Part shown: positions 29,385 to 39,598 of the stretch, piece by piece
How positions within the stretch are numbered: the first letter of the stretch is position 1
Layout of the letters: every line of letters begins with the position of its first letter
Assembly (NCBI GenBank): GCA_019057635.1
Contig: DXJL01000090.1
Span: 1-44,714, forward strand
DNA: 44,714 bases
Reading direction: 5' to 3'
Source: Candidatus Heimdallarchaeota archaeon
Lineage (GTDB): Archaea; Asgardarchaeota; Heimdallarchaeia; Hodarchaeales; Hodarchaeaceae
Notes under the pieces: model-generated
Database searches by the model: none
What the model was told of the DNA's origin: nothing
The model's input: only the letters and a program-made list of their open reading frames with translations
Translations under genes and position numbers: made by a program

Positions 29385-29903
29385 CTACCCTGACCTAACA
29401 TGGCTTCCACATTTATTACAGAAGAAGGCATTACTTGGGAGGGTTGACCCACATGATGAACATTTACGTTTATTATCCATGTAGGATGGGGTGGAGGAAA
29501 ACACTGATTCCTTTTCGTTCTCATTTTTTGCATTCTCTGGACTTGAACTAAACGGAGAGAAGGCCGCAGCTGAAGAATCATCATCTGGGGGATCGAAAAA
29601 AGATTGTTCGGGAGTGGAAGCGCTTTCCTCTGCAAAATCAACTCGGCCTGCGAGATGGTTTAATTTGTCAGAAATTTGAGACATAATTGGTATAAATGGA
29701 CATGAGATTCCCTGCCCGATATCCATTGATGGTGTAATAGAAGAAGATTCGGGACTAATAAGCTTAAACCCAATACGTAACCCCTCTGTTTTTTCATTGA
29801 TGGCAATACCTTGCTCAAGTAGACCTCGGATTACTTCTTTTGCAGAATAAGAGCGGCCGCGAATGAGAATCCTACCGGAGACTTGATCAAGGGGTTGGTT
29901 CAT
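29385..29903 (-). CDS. Zinc-ribbon domain protein
   Basis: C-terminal CSSCG...AFFCNKCG after a Ser/acidic linker. Confidence 0.75.
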   Translation of the reverse strand: MNQPLDQVSGRILIRGRSYSAKEVIRGLLEQGIAINEKTEGLRIGFKLISPESSSITPSMDIGQGISCPFIPIMSQISDKLNHLAGRVDFAEESASTPEQSFFDPPDDDSSAAAFSPFSSSPENAKNENEKESVFSSTPSYMDNKRKCSSCGSTLPSNAFFCNKCGSHVRSG

Positions 29904-30284
29904 ACCATTGAGTCCTCATTTAGTAAATGAACTGACGAAGATAATAAGAAAAAATATCATGCACGTATTATTGAATTTTCATAAATAGATAGGAATTATT
30001 TATTATGCACTGCAGTTTCTTTCAAAGTTCTAATCAATCCGTAGAATAAGGAATCTGCAAGAAATCTTAAAAAAAACAAAAATTAATAATGAATATTAAT
30101 ATCCCTTAATCCCTTGCAAGAAAATTGCTTAATAAAGCTATTTTTGTCAAGATATTTTACTTTTAATTGAAAATTAAGAATTCCTTGAGAACAACATTTT
30201 TGATAATGAATAATTTTTAAAAGGATAAGCTGAAAAGACTAGAAGTGACAAAAAAAAGCATGTCTCTAACGTTGAGGTGAAAAA

Positions 30285-30527
30285 ATGCCTGCTGCTTTTG
30301 TATTAGTTAATGCCGAAATTGGATCAGAAGATGATGTATTAGAAGAATTAAAAAGCACCAGAGGTGTTGTTGGTGCTTGGATAGTTTACGGTGTTTACGA
30401 CATCGTTGCTAAAATTGAAGCAGATACCATGGAGAAACTCAAGGAAGTCATTACGACAAACATTCGTGGCCTTGAGAATGTTCGTTCAACCTTAACAATG
30501 ATTGTAGTTGATACGGCAAATCAATAG
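30285..30527 (+). CDS. Lrp/AsnC ligand-binding-domain-only protein
   Basis: AFVLVN, VYGVYDIVAKIE, IRGLENVRSTLTMIV; GAGGTGA ribosome-binding site. Confidence 0.92.
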   Translation: MPAAFVLVNAEIGSEDDVLEELKSTRGVVGAWIVYGVYDIVAKIEADTMEKLKEVITTNIRGLENVRSTLTMIVVDTANQ

Positions 30528-30714
30528 CAAAATGATCGGTATTGAACGACTGGATTGAATATTCACGAATAAGAATACCTGTTCAATCTCATCTATCATT
30601 CTCTTCTTTTTTTTCCTAAAGACAATGGCATTTCTCCCATTTTGATTTCCTCTTCCTTTAAAAGATATTTAGGTGATATTGACTTAGAATTTCTCAAATA
30701 CTTCTGGTGAATAT

Positions 30715-31413
30715 ATGAAACAACTTATGACAAGCATTTATTAGCTCCTTGGTCAAGGATTTGATTGTAACGTATTCATTATTGAGGCAAAGCAAGAATC
30801 AATGATGATAGATACAGGCGCAGGTAATGCTTTGAATCAAAGATTTAGTGCAAGCTCACCAAATATTGAAACACTTAAACAAGCGATAGAAACGAAACGA
30901 GTTAAGCACATTTTTCTGACACATGGTCATATTGACCATATTGGTGGGATTTCTTCACTTCAATCTGAGGTGAATTGCACAATATCTGCTTCACATGAAG
31001 AAGCCAGACATTTAACTTCAGGTAACAGTCCATACCTTGATCCGATAATGAATTCAACCTGTTCTCCCCTCAAGATTACCAAGAAATATGGAGAGGGTGA
31101 TACAATCACAGTTGGAAATTACGATTTTCAGGTGTTAGAAACACCAGGACATACAAAAGGATCGTTATCTCTTTACGAACCTGACAAGAAAATACTCATT
31201 AGTGGTGATACAGTTTTCCCTCAAGGATCCTTTGGAAGAACTGATCTTCCTTCTGGATCTAGTTCAGAGCTTCTAAATTCATTAAAACGTTTATCTGATC
31301 TCGAAATCCATGTTCTTTTACCAGGCCATATGCCTCCTATCATTTCCCAGACACCTATTAATTCTATTAAAGACTCATTCCGTAATGCCCAAACTATGCT
31401 TTCGTATTACTGA
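30715..31413 (+). CDS. MBL-fold metallo-hydrolase with in-frame TAG at codon 10
   Basis: GGTGA then ATG at 30715: MKQLMTSIY*LLGQGFDCNVFII...IDTG; THGHIDH, TPGHT, SGDTVF, GRTDL, PGH. Confidence 0.8.
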
Positions 31414-31896
31414 AATGATTTGTTTACAGGTATCTTCAATGCTTCTATCATCATTTTGAATTTCATAAATGATCTCTGGTGGATAAAATTCTGTAAAGTC
31501 ATAAAATAATACATTCATGATTTCTGCTTCGAGATTTGACTCAATTTTCTCCTCAGAGTAACTCCGTGTTTCAAGTCGTTTCCGTAATGTGGAGATTGAG
31601 GAATGTAGAATAATGATATAATCGATTGGAAGTTCTAGTAATACCATTCCGCTAGATATACAGATTTTATTTGTAGTTCTAAGTTTCCTCAATAGTTCTT
31701 TAGTTAAAAGTTCATCATCGACAATTAGGGTATCACGATTAATATCATATCCAAGATACAACCCTTCCTTTATGATAAGATCATTAAGCTCCAGAAAATC
31801 AAGATTTAGATTACGTGACAAATTTTTTGCGACAGTTGTCTTACCAGTTCCAGGTGTACCAGTAATATATATACGTAACACAAAATTGTCACTCAT
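31375..31896 (-). CDS. Adenylate kinase, AK6/Fap7 family
   Basis: ITGTPGTGKTT, LRKRLETRSYSEEKIESNLEAEI. Confidence 0.88.
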   Translation of the reverse strand: MSDNFVLRIYITGTPGTGKTTVAKNLSRNLNLDFLELNDLIIKEGLYLGYDINRDTLIVDDELLTKELLRKLRTTNKICISSGMVLLELPIDYIIILHSSISTLRKRLETRSYSEEKIESNLEAEIMNVLFYDFTEFYPPEIIYEIQNDDRSIEDTCKQIISVIRKHSLGITE

Positions 31897-32031
31897 AACA
31901 ACCAACTACACTTTATTTATTAAATTCAGTCTTAATTTACTCCCGATTCTACTTTATGTAGGTTTAAATTATTATCTTAATAAAGAGGGTGTAGAAAAGA
32001 GAGGATTCTATCCCGAGAATGGTAATGTATC

Positions 32032-34512
32032 GTGAGCTCAACAATTTCAATTGTAGCGGAAAAACCCTCTATTGCAAGAGCATTAGTTAGAGCATTCTCT
32101 ATCGTATATAAAATGAAATTTAAAAGCCGAAAAGGTGAAACACGCTATAATTATATCTTTGAAGCCTCAATTGAAGAGCAAAAAATTACGTTTACAATTG
32201 AGACAATCGAATATCGATTAAAAAAGGGGGATAAAATATTAGTTTCCAGCGTTACTGGGCACATTCTCAATTTTGATTATCCCCCACCCTTTGATAAAGA
32301 AACAAATTGGCATAATTCTGATCCTATTGAAATGGTTGAAATTGATCCTATTGAAATAGCTATTCATGATAATATGGTTGACCATCTATTAAATATTGGA
32401 TCCACTTCCAATGTACTAATAGTTGCAACCGATTGGGATGGTCATGGAGAGGCAATAGGTCGAGAAATTGTTGAGGTGGCGAGTAGAAATAATAAGAAAA
32501 TTCGTCATGGTAGAATGAGGTTCACAAGCACCAATCCCTTATCTCTCCAGCGTGCATTTGAATCTCAAACTGGGTTAAATTGGGACTGGATACGACAAGT
32601 TGACTCACTGAGAAAGCAAGATCTAAGAATGGGATCTTCTATCACCCGTTTTTTGACTGTAGGAGTTCAAGATCGAGGTATACATAATCAGATGATTTCT
32701 TACGGCCCATGTCAGACAAGTGTATTGTATTTAATTACTAGTCGATACATCGAGAATAAGTCGTTTATTCCTGAACAATTTTGGAAAATTTCTCTCAAGA
32801 TTATGGTGAATGATGAACCATTATTCCTCGATTGGCATGGTAATCCATCTAGCGATGAAGAAACTGTCAATGATATTATAAATAAACTTGAAAAAGAGGA
32901 AACGGCAGTTGTTAGTGATTTTAATGAAGAAATAGGCTCAGTTCGAAGACCACTCCCTCTGGATACAGATACTCTTGAAGCAGAGTGTTCCAATTTTTTT
33001 AAAGTAAGTCCGAAGCATATTTCTGATATCGCAGAACGTCTTTATAATAATGGGTTTATTACCTACCCAAGAACTGAAAGTTCATATTATCACGAAAAAG
33101 ATTTAACGAAATTAACCAATTTATTTGCCGATCATGCCGAATTTGGTGAAATTGCTCAAGAATGTTTAAATCTTGGGGGAGTTACCAACCCGTCAAAGGG
33201 ACGTTTTACGAAAGATCACGAACCTATTAAACCTGTTAAAGCAATCACAAAAAAAGATTTAGAGAAAACATTTGCAAAGACTTCTTCAATTATTAACTTA
33301 TCTTGGGCAATATATTCTTACATTGTATGGAGATTTCTTGCAACTGTTCATGTTGATGCAAAAACGCTTGATCAATACATAATTTTAACTGCTGGTAGAG
33401 AAGATTTCAAAGGGAAGGGGAAATTGATAACAGAATTAGGGTTCCTTAAATTCTATCAATATCGGAATATTGTTTCCTCTGAAATACCGAAATTAGAAAA
33501 ACTCACTAATTTTCCTTTTGAAACAAATAAACACGTAGGGTTTACTACCCCACCACCATTATGGAACGAATCTATGCTAATTCGAAAAATGGCTGAATTA
33601 AATCTAGGTACTGATGCCACCCGATCATCTCACATTGATACAGTTCAAAAACGTAGGTACACTATTCCAACTGGTACTCAGCGGATATTAATTCCTACTC
33701 CACTGGGTTTGGCCCTATATCATGTACTTAACAACAATGCACAAGACTTAATCCTCCCTGAAATTCGAGGAAAAGTAGAATCATGGACACAGCAAATTCG
33801 AGAGCACAAAAAAACTGCTGAAGAAGTAGATAAATTAGTAATTGATTTAACTACGCGAGGTATCATGGCTATGAAATCTAACGAAGAGGCTATCTTTTCA
33901 ACCCTAGCTACAAGCTTTAAAGAGATGACAGGAGTGGGAAATGTCTTAGGGGTGTGTCCAGACTGTGAAGGAGATTTAGTATTATCTCAAGGAAAAAAAG
34001 GATCACGATTCTTAAGATGTACAAATCCTCTCTGTGAAGCAAGTTTTCCTCTTCCAAAGAAAGGAGAATTAGTAAAATTAGAGGAGGAATTCTGTAGAAT
34101 ATGTAATGCTACTCCTTTGTTAGTTACTGTAAAATATCACAATTGGGTAATGTGTCCAGTTTGTTGGACACGAGAGGCGAGTTCGGATCGTCCTTGGTTT
34201 TGTAGTGATTGTAATCGAGAAGAATGCCCGTATTCAGGCTCTTGGAAAGCTAAGACAAGCGAAGAACCTTTAGGTAAATGTCCTGAGTGTAATGGAGATG
34301 TTTCCCTTCAAATTAATGATAGTACTGCACAAATTGGGTGTAACTCGTGTAATAAGGTCTGGAAAACCCCCAAACTTCGCCCTAAAATGTCTATTACACT
34401 TGGAAAGGCTTGTACAAAATGCGGAAGGAAGACCTTATCAGTTGTAAAACAAGGTAAAAAGCCTTATCGATTATGTGTGTTTTGCTCTCTTTTTTATTTT
34501 GATGATTATTAA
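32032..34512 (+). CDS. topA: Type IA DNA topoisomerase with C-terminal Zn ribbons
   Basis: VAEKPS, SVTGH, ATDWDGHGE, catalytic Tyr in ITYPRTES, LGTDATR, multiple CxxC pairs. Confidence 0.95.
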   Translation: MSSTISIVAEKPSIARALVRAFSIVYKMKFKSRKGETRYNYIFEASIEEQKITFTIETIEYRLKKGDKILVSSVTGHILNFDYPPPFDKETNWHNSDPIEMVEIDPIEIAIHDNMVDHLLNIGSTSNVLIVATDWDGHGEAIGREIVEVASRNNKKIRHGRMRFTSTNPLSLQRAFESQTGLNWDWIRQVDSLRKQDLRMGSSITRFLTVGVQDRGIHNQMISYGPCQTSVLYLITSRYIENKSFIPEQFWKISLKIMVNDEPLFLDWHGNPSSDEETVNDIINKLEKEETAVVSDFNEEIGSVRRPLPLDTDTLEAECSNFFKVSPKHISDIAERLYNNGFITYPRTESSYYHEKDLTKLTNLFADHAEFGEIAQECLNLGGVTNPSKGRFTKDHEPIKPVKAITKKDLEKTFAKTSSIINLSWAIYSYIVWRFLATVHVDAKTLDQYIILTAGREDFKGKGKLITELGFLKFYQYRNIVSSEIPKLEKLTNFPFETNKHVGFTTPPPLWNESMLIRKMAELNLGTDATRSSHIDTVQKRRYTIPTGTQRILIPTPLGLALYHVLNNNAQDLILPEIRGKVESWTQQIREHKKTAEEVDKLVIDLTTRGIMAMKSNEEAIFSTLATSFKEMTGVGNVLGVCPDCEGDLVLSQGKKGSRFLRCTNPLCEASFPLPKKGELVKLEEEFCRICNATPLLVTVKYHNWVMCPVCWTREASSDRPWFCSDCNREECPYSGSWKAKTSEEPLGKCPECNGDVSLQINDSTAQIGCNSCNKVWKTPKLRPKMSITLGKACTKCGRKTLSVVKQGKKPYRLCVFCSLFYFDDY

Positions 34513-34691
34513 TCCATTTCTGAAAACTTCGGATTCCATACGAATTCACTTGTATTTACGTTAAATTCTTTTTAAATTCAGATCTCTTCTAATCACGAAA
34601 ATAATCAATATCCATTCAAGATGAATAGAATAATATAAAATACCACAAGGGATAAAGGAAATTCATCTGTATTCATTAGCATGATTAAAAC

Positions 34692-37019
34692 TTGAATGTC
34701 GAGAAATCATCTCTTTCAGTGGTATATATGAGTTCTAGTAAAAACTTCGGTAGAGATCCCGCCCCCTCTGCAATTCGCTACCTTGTGCTATTAAGTGCAC
34801 TAGTTTCAGGAGTAACAGCCCTTTCATTTCTTCCAAAATTGGCTGGTTCTAGTACTTCAGAATCGAACTTTTTTGAAGGAGCTATTCCTGTATTCACAGT
34901 GTTTGCATTGGTTTCTGTTCTTGAATGGTTTTTATTAGGCCGTTCTCGGAAAATGAGAGGTCCTTATGGGTTTGCATTTGTGATAGAGATCTTGAAAACG
35001 GTTGCTCTAGGAGTGGGAGCAAATGAATATGCTAGAAGTGTTGAAGGAGGATCTTCTGGAGATTTTTTACTGTTACAATTAACGACAATTGCTATTCTCT
35101 TTATGCTTGCCCTCACGAAATTTGCGAGAACCAGAATTGAGGAACTGGCACAAAGAGACATTAGTCGACATATTCTGAACTTGTTACCCACAATTCTAGT
35201 CATTCTTCTTTTTATGGGCACTTATGTTACCGAAATTGCAGGTCTTGGTACACCCCGTCAGCGCCGTGATTTCGATACATATACTGATAAAACAATTGAT
35301 TGGGGGATGTTTAACACCCCTACATGGGATGCTACCTATATTCTGGAAAATCTCCTAGATCAGTTCACAGCAGGATTAACTGCTCCTGATGTAGTTTTAT
35401 TTAATGTAACTAGTGATGATCCTGCTGATTCTACAGAACCGCCTGCTTATTGGCGAATATCCAATTTAGACGATTACGAATATACTAATAAACCTCCTTA
35501 CACCACCGATTGGAATCCAAGTACATCAGTAAAACGAGATACATTTACTTACTCCAGCGTTGTTCCCTCGGATTCTCGAACTGCACGTTTCACAGTGGAA
35601 ACGCCTTTAAATCTCAATAGCACGACTGTTGATGTTACTATTCATCCCAGTTTTCCGAATATGTTACCTACGACTTGGAATGGGCTCCTGGGAGCATATG
35701 TAAGCTCTAATTCGTTCAAATTGTATGATAGTGAGGACACCCTCATATCTCCTGTAAATCCGTCAGATGAACGTGTAAAGGAAGTTTTTCCCAATGCAGA
35801 TCCTGACGACTTATTTGGGATCTATGCTAATTTACAGGTTGCAGATACATCCAGTGAGGCAGGACGTTTTGAATATATCATGGATTATCAGACACCTGAC
35901 ATTCAAACAGCAGCAGCATTCTCCTTAACCCGTTCAGAAGCAGATTATCTAAGATGTGGGATACACCCTGTTACATGGGCATCAATTAAATCACGTTATC
36001 TTCAGACTCCACAGGTGGTTCCTGCAGGTTTCGCAGATTATACTGATTGGGCACCATTAGTCGCTAGTACAGCTTCAGATTGGAATGAATCTCTACAAAC
36101 AGTATTTGGTCAATCATATGCTAATATGTTAAAATTTGGGAATCAAAGTGAATTCACATTTGATACTGATATGTGGCTTGGCCAACAATTGGGATTGATG
36201 GCTCATCCAGATGAATACGAGGACTATAATCAATGGTTTCTCGAAAGAGGTTCGGGAGTATCTTTACACTTTGCCTCCGCCTATACCATAATTAATCGTA
36301 TCCAAAAGATTCCTACTCGCGTTGTTATAGGATATTTGGCAGGAAACGACTCTTATATCTATAGTGGGAAACGTGCGATCACCTCCCGATTCTTACATGC
36401 TTGGGCAGAAGTATTGGTTCCAATAGACCCAAATCCCTTATTACCAGGTGATGAACGCGTTGAATGGATGAGTTTTGATCCGCTTCTGAGCCAATTGGCT
36501 GAACAATATGGTTTCGAGCTTCCCACAGATATTATCCCAGTGTCAAGTGATGAACAAACCACATTTATTCGTGCAGATTATGACTTGGAAACAAAAGGTT
36601 TAGCGCAAGCTTATGTTGATAATGCTCTTGCACAGGCGACAGGTGATTGGATTTTTGGTAGATGTACGGTTAATAACAGTGTATTAGGCCAGGGAGCGAC
36701 TCTTCATGATGGGGATCACGTCATTATATCTACACGTTTTATTTCGGTTCCCTCAGCCGCCACATGGTTACCTTACAACAATGTGACTGTGTCATTTTAC
36801 ATTGCAACCACAACTGAAAATGCCACCGGAAATCTTGAAGATGTTGGTACTCCAATCGGTTCAGGTATAACTATGTCAAATGGAGTGGTAACAATCTCTT
36901 TGGATATTGATATTGCAATCCATGGGGTTAGAACTGTCAATTTTTATGCTCTGGTTCTACTAGGCTCAACTCCAGTGCGGAAAATTGCCGTATCGTTTTC
37001 ATATAGTATCACTTTCTAG
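34692..37019 (+). CDS. Membrane-anchored transglutaminase-like domain protein
   Basis: About 5 N-terminal hydrophobic helices; YWR; GVSLHFASA, IPTRVVIGY, HAWAEV, WMSFDP; start uncertain. Confidence 0.8.
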   Translation: MNVEKSSLSVVYMSSSKNFGRDPAPSAIRYLVLLSALVSGVTALSFLPKLAGSSTSESNFFEGAIPVFTVFALVSVLEWFLLGRSRKMRGPYGFAFVIEILKTVALGVGANEYARSVEGGSSGDFLLLQLTTIAILFMLALTKFARTRIEELAQRDISRHILNLLPTILVILLFMGTYVTEIAGLGTPRQRRDFDTYTDKTIDWGMFNTPTWDATYILENLLDQFTAGLTAPDVVLFNVTSDDPADSTEPPAYWRISNLDDYEYTNKPPYTTDWNPSTSVKRDTFTYSSVVPSDSRTARFTVETPLNLNSTTVDVTIHPSFPNMLPTTWNGLLGAYVSSNSFKLYDSEDTLISPVNPSDERVKEVFPNADPDDLFGIYANLQVADTSSEAGRFEYIMDYQTPDIQTAAAFSLTRSEADYLRCGIHPVTWASIKSRYLQTPQVVPAGFADYTDWAPLVASTASDWNESLQTVFGQSYANMLKFGNQSEFTFDTDMWLGQQLGLMAHPDEYEDYNQWFLERGSGVSLHFASAYTIINRIQKIPTRVVIGYLAGNDSYIYSGKRAITSRFLHAWAEVLVPIDPNPLLPGDERVEWMSFDPLLSQLAEQYGFELPTDIIPVSSDEQTTFIRADYDLETKGLAQAYVDNALAQATGDWIFGRCTVNNSVLGQGATLHDGDHVIISTRFISVPSAATWLPYNNVTVSFYIATTTENATGNLEDVGTPIGSGITMSNGVVTISLDIDIAIHGVRTVNFYALVLLGSTPVRKIAVSFSYSITF

Positions 37020-37289
37020 TTCTGTTTGGGAAAATTATCTTTGACCAAAATGATCATTTTTGCATTAGAACTCGACACAGGCATTATTCAGTTTTTGCCT
37101 TCTGCTGCAATAATAGCATTATTTGTTCTCAATTTTGTATTAAAATTCGGATGTAGAATCCCATAAAAAAAATCAATACATATAAATATAAGGCAAATTT
37201 AGATGATTTTATAGATATACTTGTGTGTCTTATAATAAAACACTGAAACAAGCAAATATCTGTTAACATTAATGGAGCACTACTAAATT

Positions 37290-37607
37290 ATGTCTAAAGA
37301 TAAAATGTACGGTTACGGAATCGCTCTTATCACGGTAATCTTTCTAATTCTATATACGCTCTATCTACCAGTTCAAGAGTTTTTTTTTAAGAATGATCTG
37401 GGAGGATATGACATGGGGGCTTTAAATCCTCTTAATATAACTCCAATTCATGCAATGTTATGGCCTGTTTACTTGGCAACCCTAATGATTGGCTTTATAA
37501 TCGCTTGGATTGGAATTACTATGGCTACTACTCCACCACCAGAGCCTATTGACCTAGATGATTTAAATCTTGAAGATGAAGATTTCGATGAAGAAGACAA
37601 AGATTAA
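37290..37607 (+). CDS. Two-TM membrane protein, DPM2-like pattern, acidic tail
   Basis: Two hydrophobic helices, TTPPPEPI, D/E-rich C-terminus. Confidence 0.7.
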   Translation: MSKDKMYGYGIALITVIFLILYTLYLPVQEFFFKNDLGGYDMGALNPLNITPIHAMLWPVYLATLMIGFIIAWIGITMATTPPPEPIDLDDLNLEDEDFDEEDKD

Positions 37608-37652
37608 TCATCTTCATTTTTCCTTTTTCTAATAATTTTGAAGTAATTTTTC

Positions 37653-38714
37653 TTATACTACAGGATCGGGAATTCCCAGAAGGTTATCTAACATATTTGG
37701 GAAATAAATTGCAATTAAGAAAAGTACAACGATAATGATTCCTGTAACCATTAGTTGTTTATCCAATAATAATCTTTCTGCCTTTCTACTGGCAACAGTA
37801 TTCCTTGAAATCAGGTACAAAAAACGAAAGAAGAGAAAAGTAATCAAAGGTAATGCTACAACAATAAATACGGTTTCTTTTGGATGCCTTTCAATAAGGT
37901 AGATGAAGATTGCTAAGATTTCAATAGCTGTTATAGTTGAAAGACTTTGATTCAGTAATTCAGGAGTGTAACTTGTAAAGACAGCTTTATGTTTACTCGC
38001 TTCCGTTCCTAATAATGCAAGGTCACCTTTACGTTTTGCTAAAGAAAGCATCATGGCAGTAATAAAACATAGAATAATCAACCATGGAGATACAGATACT
38101 GTGATAAGAACAGCTCCTGCAATAGCTCGCCAAACGTAGTTCACTGAAATTGTCACGATATCAGCAAACACTATATCTTTCAAGAAAAGAGAGTAAAGTT
38201 GACTGGTTACAAATAATCCTACTAATACAAGAAAAAACGCCGTTTTTGACGGAATAATAATACGTCCTTCTTGGAAAATCTCACCCTCTTGAATTTGAGG
38301 TGTATGAAGAATTATTTGGGTGGATGTTAATGGAATTAGATAGACCAGCCCTATTGTTATCACAACTAGTACGAATATAAGTCCAAAGGCTTCAGTACTC
38401 GAAACCTTACCTGAAGGAATTGGGCGATAGGATTTTTCGGGATGATGGCGATCTTTTTCTCTATCGCGAAAATCATTGATTATGTAATTCAGGGAAGAGA
38501 CAAGACAAAGGATGACAAAAGCCATAATCATAGGAAACCATAAATCAACTCGAAACAAATTTTTAGAGAAGAATAAACCAAAAAACACTAATACATTCTT
38601 GTAATACTGGTGGGGTCGAAAAAGAACAACGATTGCCTTAAGACGTTCACTAACCGTATATCGGGGAATTTGATTTATAGTTGTTGAATTATTGTTCAAA
38701 AAAGTTTTCTCCAT
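37653..38714 (-). CDS. UbiA-family prenyltransferase (decaprenyl-phosphate phosphoribosyltransferase-like)
   Basis: RPHQYYKN, YIINDFRDREKDRHHPEKSYRPIPSG, YSLFLK, RAIAGA, LAKRKGD. Confidence 0.88.
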   Translation of the reverse strand: MEKTFLNNNSTTINQIPRYTVSERLKAIVVLFRPHQYYKNVLVFFGLFFSKNLFRVDLWFPMIMAFVILCLVSSLNYIINDFRDREKDRHHPEKSYRPIPSGKVSSTEAFGLIFVLVVITIGLVYLIPLTSTQIILHTPQIQEGEIFQEGRIIIPSKTAFFLVLVGLFVTSQLYSLFLKDIVFADIVTISVNYVWRAIAGAVLITVSVSPWLIILCFITAMMLSLAKRKGDLALLGTEASKHKAVFTSYTPELLNQSLSTITAIEILAIFIYLIERHPKETVFIVVALPLITFLFFRFLYLISRNTVASRKAERLLLDKQLMVTGIIIVVLFLIAIYFPNMLDNLLGIPDPVV

Positions 38715-38743
38715 ACGAGTTCATAGCGCAATATCATAAATTT

Positions 38744-39121
38744 CTAATTTATTCGTCCTGTGCTATATTGAAGCAACTCAAAAAGCACCATACCGGGATC
38801 TAGATCGTCTCCAATTGCAGCTAAGATATTGTCTAAGTCTATTCGCAATACAACAAGATAACGATTAGCACGGCCTTCCTTTGCAACAATTCCACGATTA
38901 TTTTTCATTACCATTTCGTAAATTTCATCATTAGCTAACCTAATAGGCATAGCAATTTCTGATTCCATCACAGCTTGAATGTTAGATTTTATGATAGCAT
39001 TCACGAAGGATTCCTCTCCAAAACGCTCAACCGCTTCATAATTTTTACTGAAATGTATTAAAGCTTTTAATTCCAGCTCATCGTGGATAGAGTTAAGTGT
39101 GAAAGGTGATTTCTGGGACAT
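38744..39121 (-). CDS. Hypothetical protein
   Basis: 125-aa ATG ORF upstream of and co-oriented with the UbiA-family gene. Confidence 0.65.
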   Translation of the reverse strand: MSQKSPFTLNSIHDELELKALIHFSKNYEAVERFGEESFVNAIIKSNIQAVMESEIAMPIRLANDEIYEMVMKNNRGIVAKEGRANRYLVVLRIDLDNILAAIGDDLDPGMVLFELLQYSTGRIN

Positions 39122-39181
39122 CGTTGATCCATTAACCTAAAAAAATCTAAAAATTTTAATTTTTCTTAGGAGCAATACTAA

Positions 39182-39598
39182 GTGAAACATATAAGTACTT
39201 TTCAAACAGCAGAATTAGTATTAATTCCTATTACATTTGTCTTCAGTCAAATACTGATTATCTTATTTGGATTGTCGATTATAGGTGAACATACATGGAC
39301 TCTTATGGGAGTTCCGATGGTTGTTGGAGGTTTAATAGCGACATCCCTAATTATTGTGGGAAATAATAAAGTCGAGATAAATGAATTTCGTCAACTAGAA
39401 ATTATGTTTAGAATTATTGCGATCATAGGAGGAGTTTTATTTATTTCAATCTTGGGCTTGCAGATTATTTTCCAAGCAACTGGAATCTTGATATTTTCTC
39501 TCCTCTCACTTGTAATATCAATCATTGGAGATATGATGACCATTCAATGTATTTATTTCTTGCAGAAATTCGTCATTGGGCAGGATCGTTCAGAATAA
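39182..39598 (+). CDS. Hypothetical 4-TM membrane protein
   Basis: Four hydrophobic segments; GGAG upstream of GTG start. Confidence 0.65.
   Translation: MKHISTFQTAELVLIPITFVFSQILIILFGLSIIGEHTWTLMGVPMVVGGLIATSLIIVGNNKVEINEFRQLEIMFRIIAIIGGVLFISILGLQIIFQATGILIFSLLSLVISIIGDMMTIQCIYFLQKFVIGQDRSE

Larger units (their letters stand above)
27117..29390 (-). mobile_element. IS607-family insertion sequence (tnpA pseudogene + tnpB); ends approximate
   Basis: Serine-recombinase tnpA overlapping tnpB (ATGA); TAGAC/GTCTA motifs at both flanks (27145, 27165, 27182, 29352, 29383). Confidence 0.8.

Noticed and set aside
29904-30284. Very AT-rich gap as a replication origin
   Set aside because: No repeated boxes recognised; explained by divergent promoters
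4469-38746. Genome-wide reassignment of TAG to an amino acid
   Set aside because: TAG ends several genes at plausible C-termini (GINS, slyD, pgk, Lrp-domain gene, tnpB), so at most conditional readthrough is supportable
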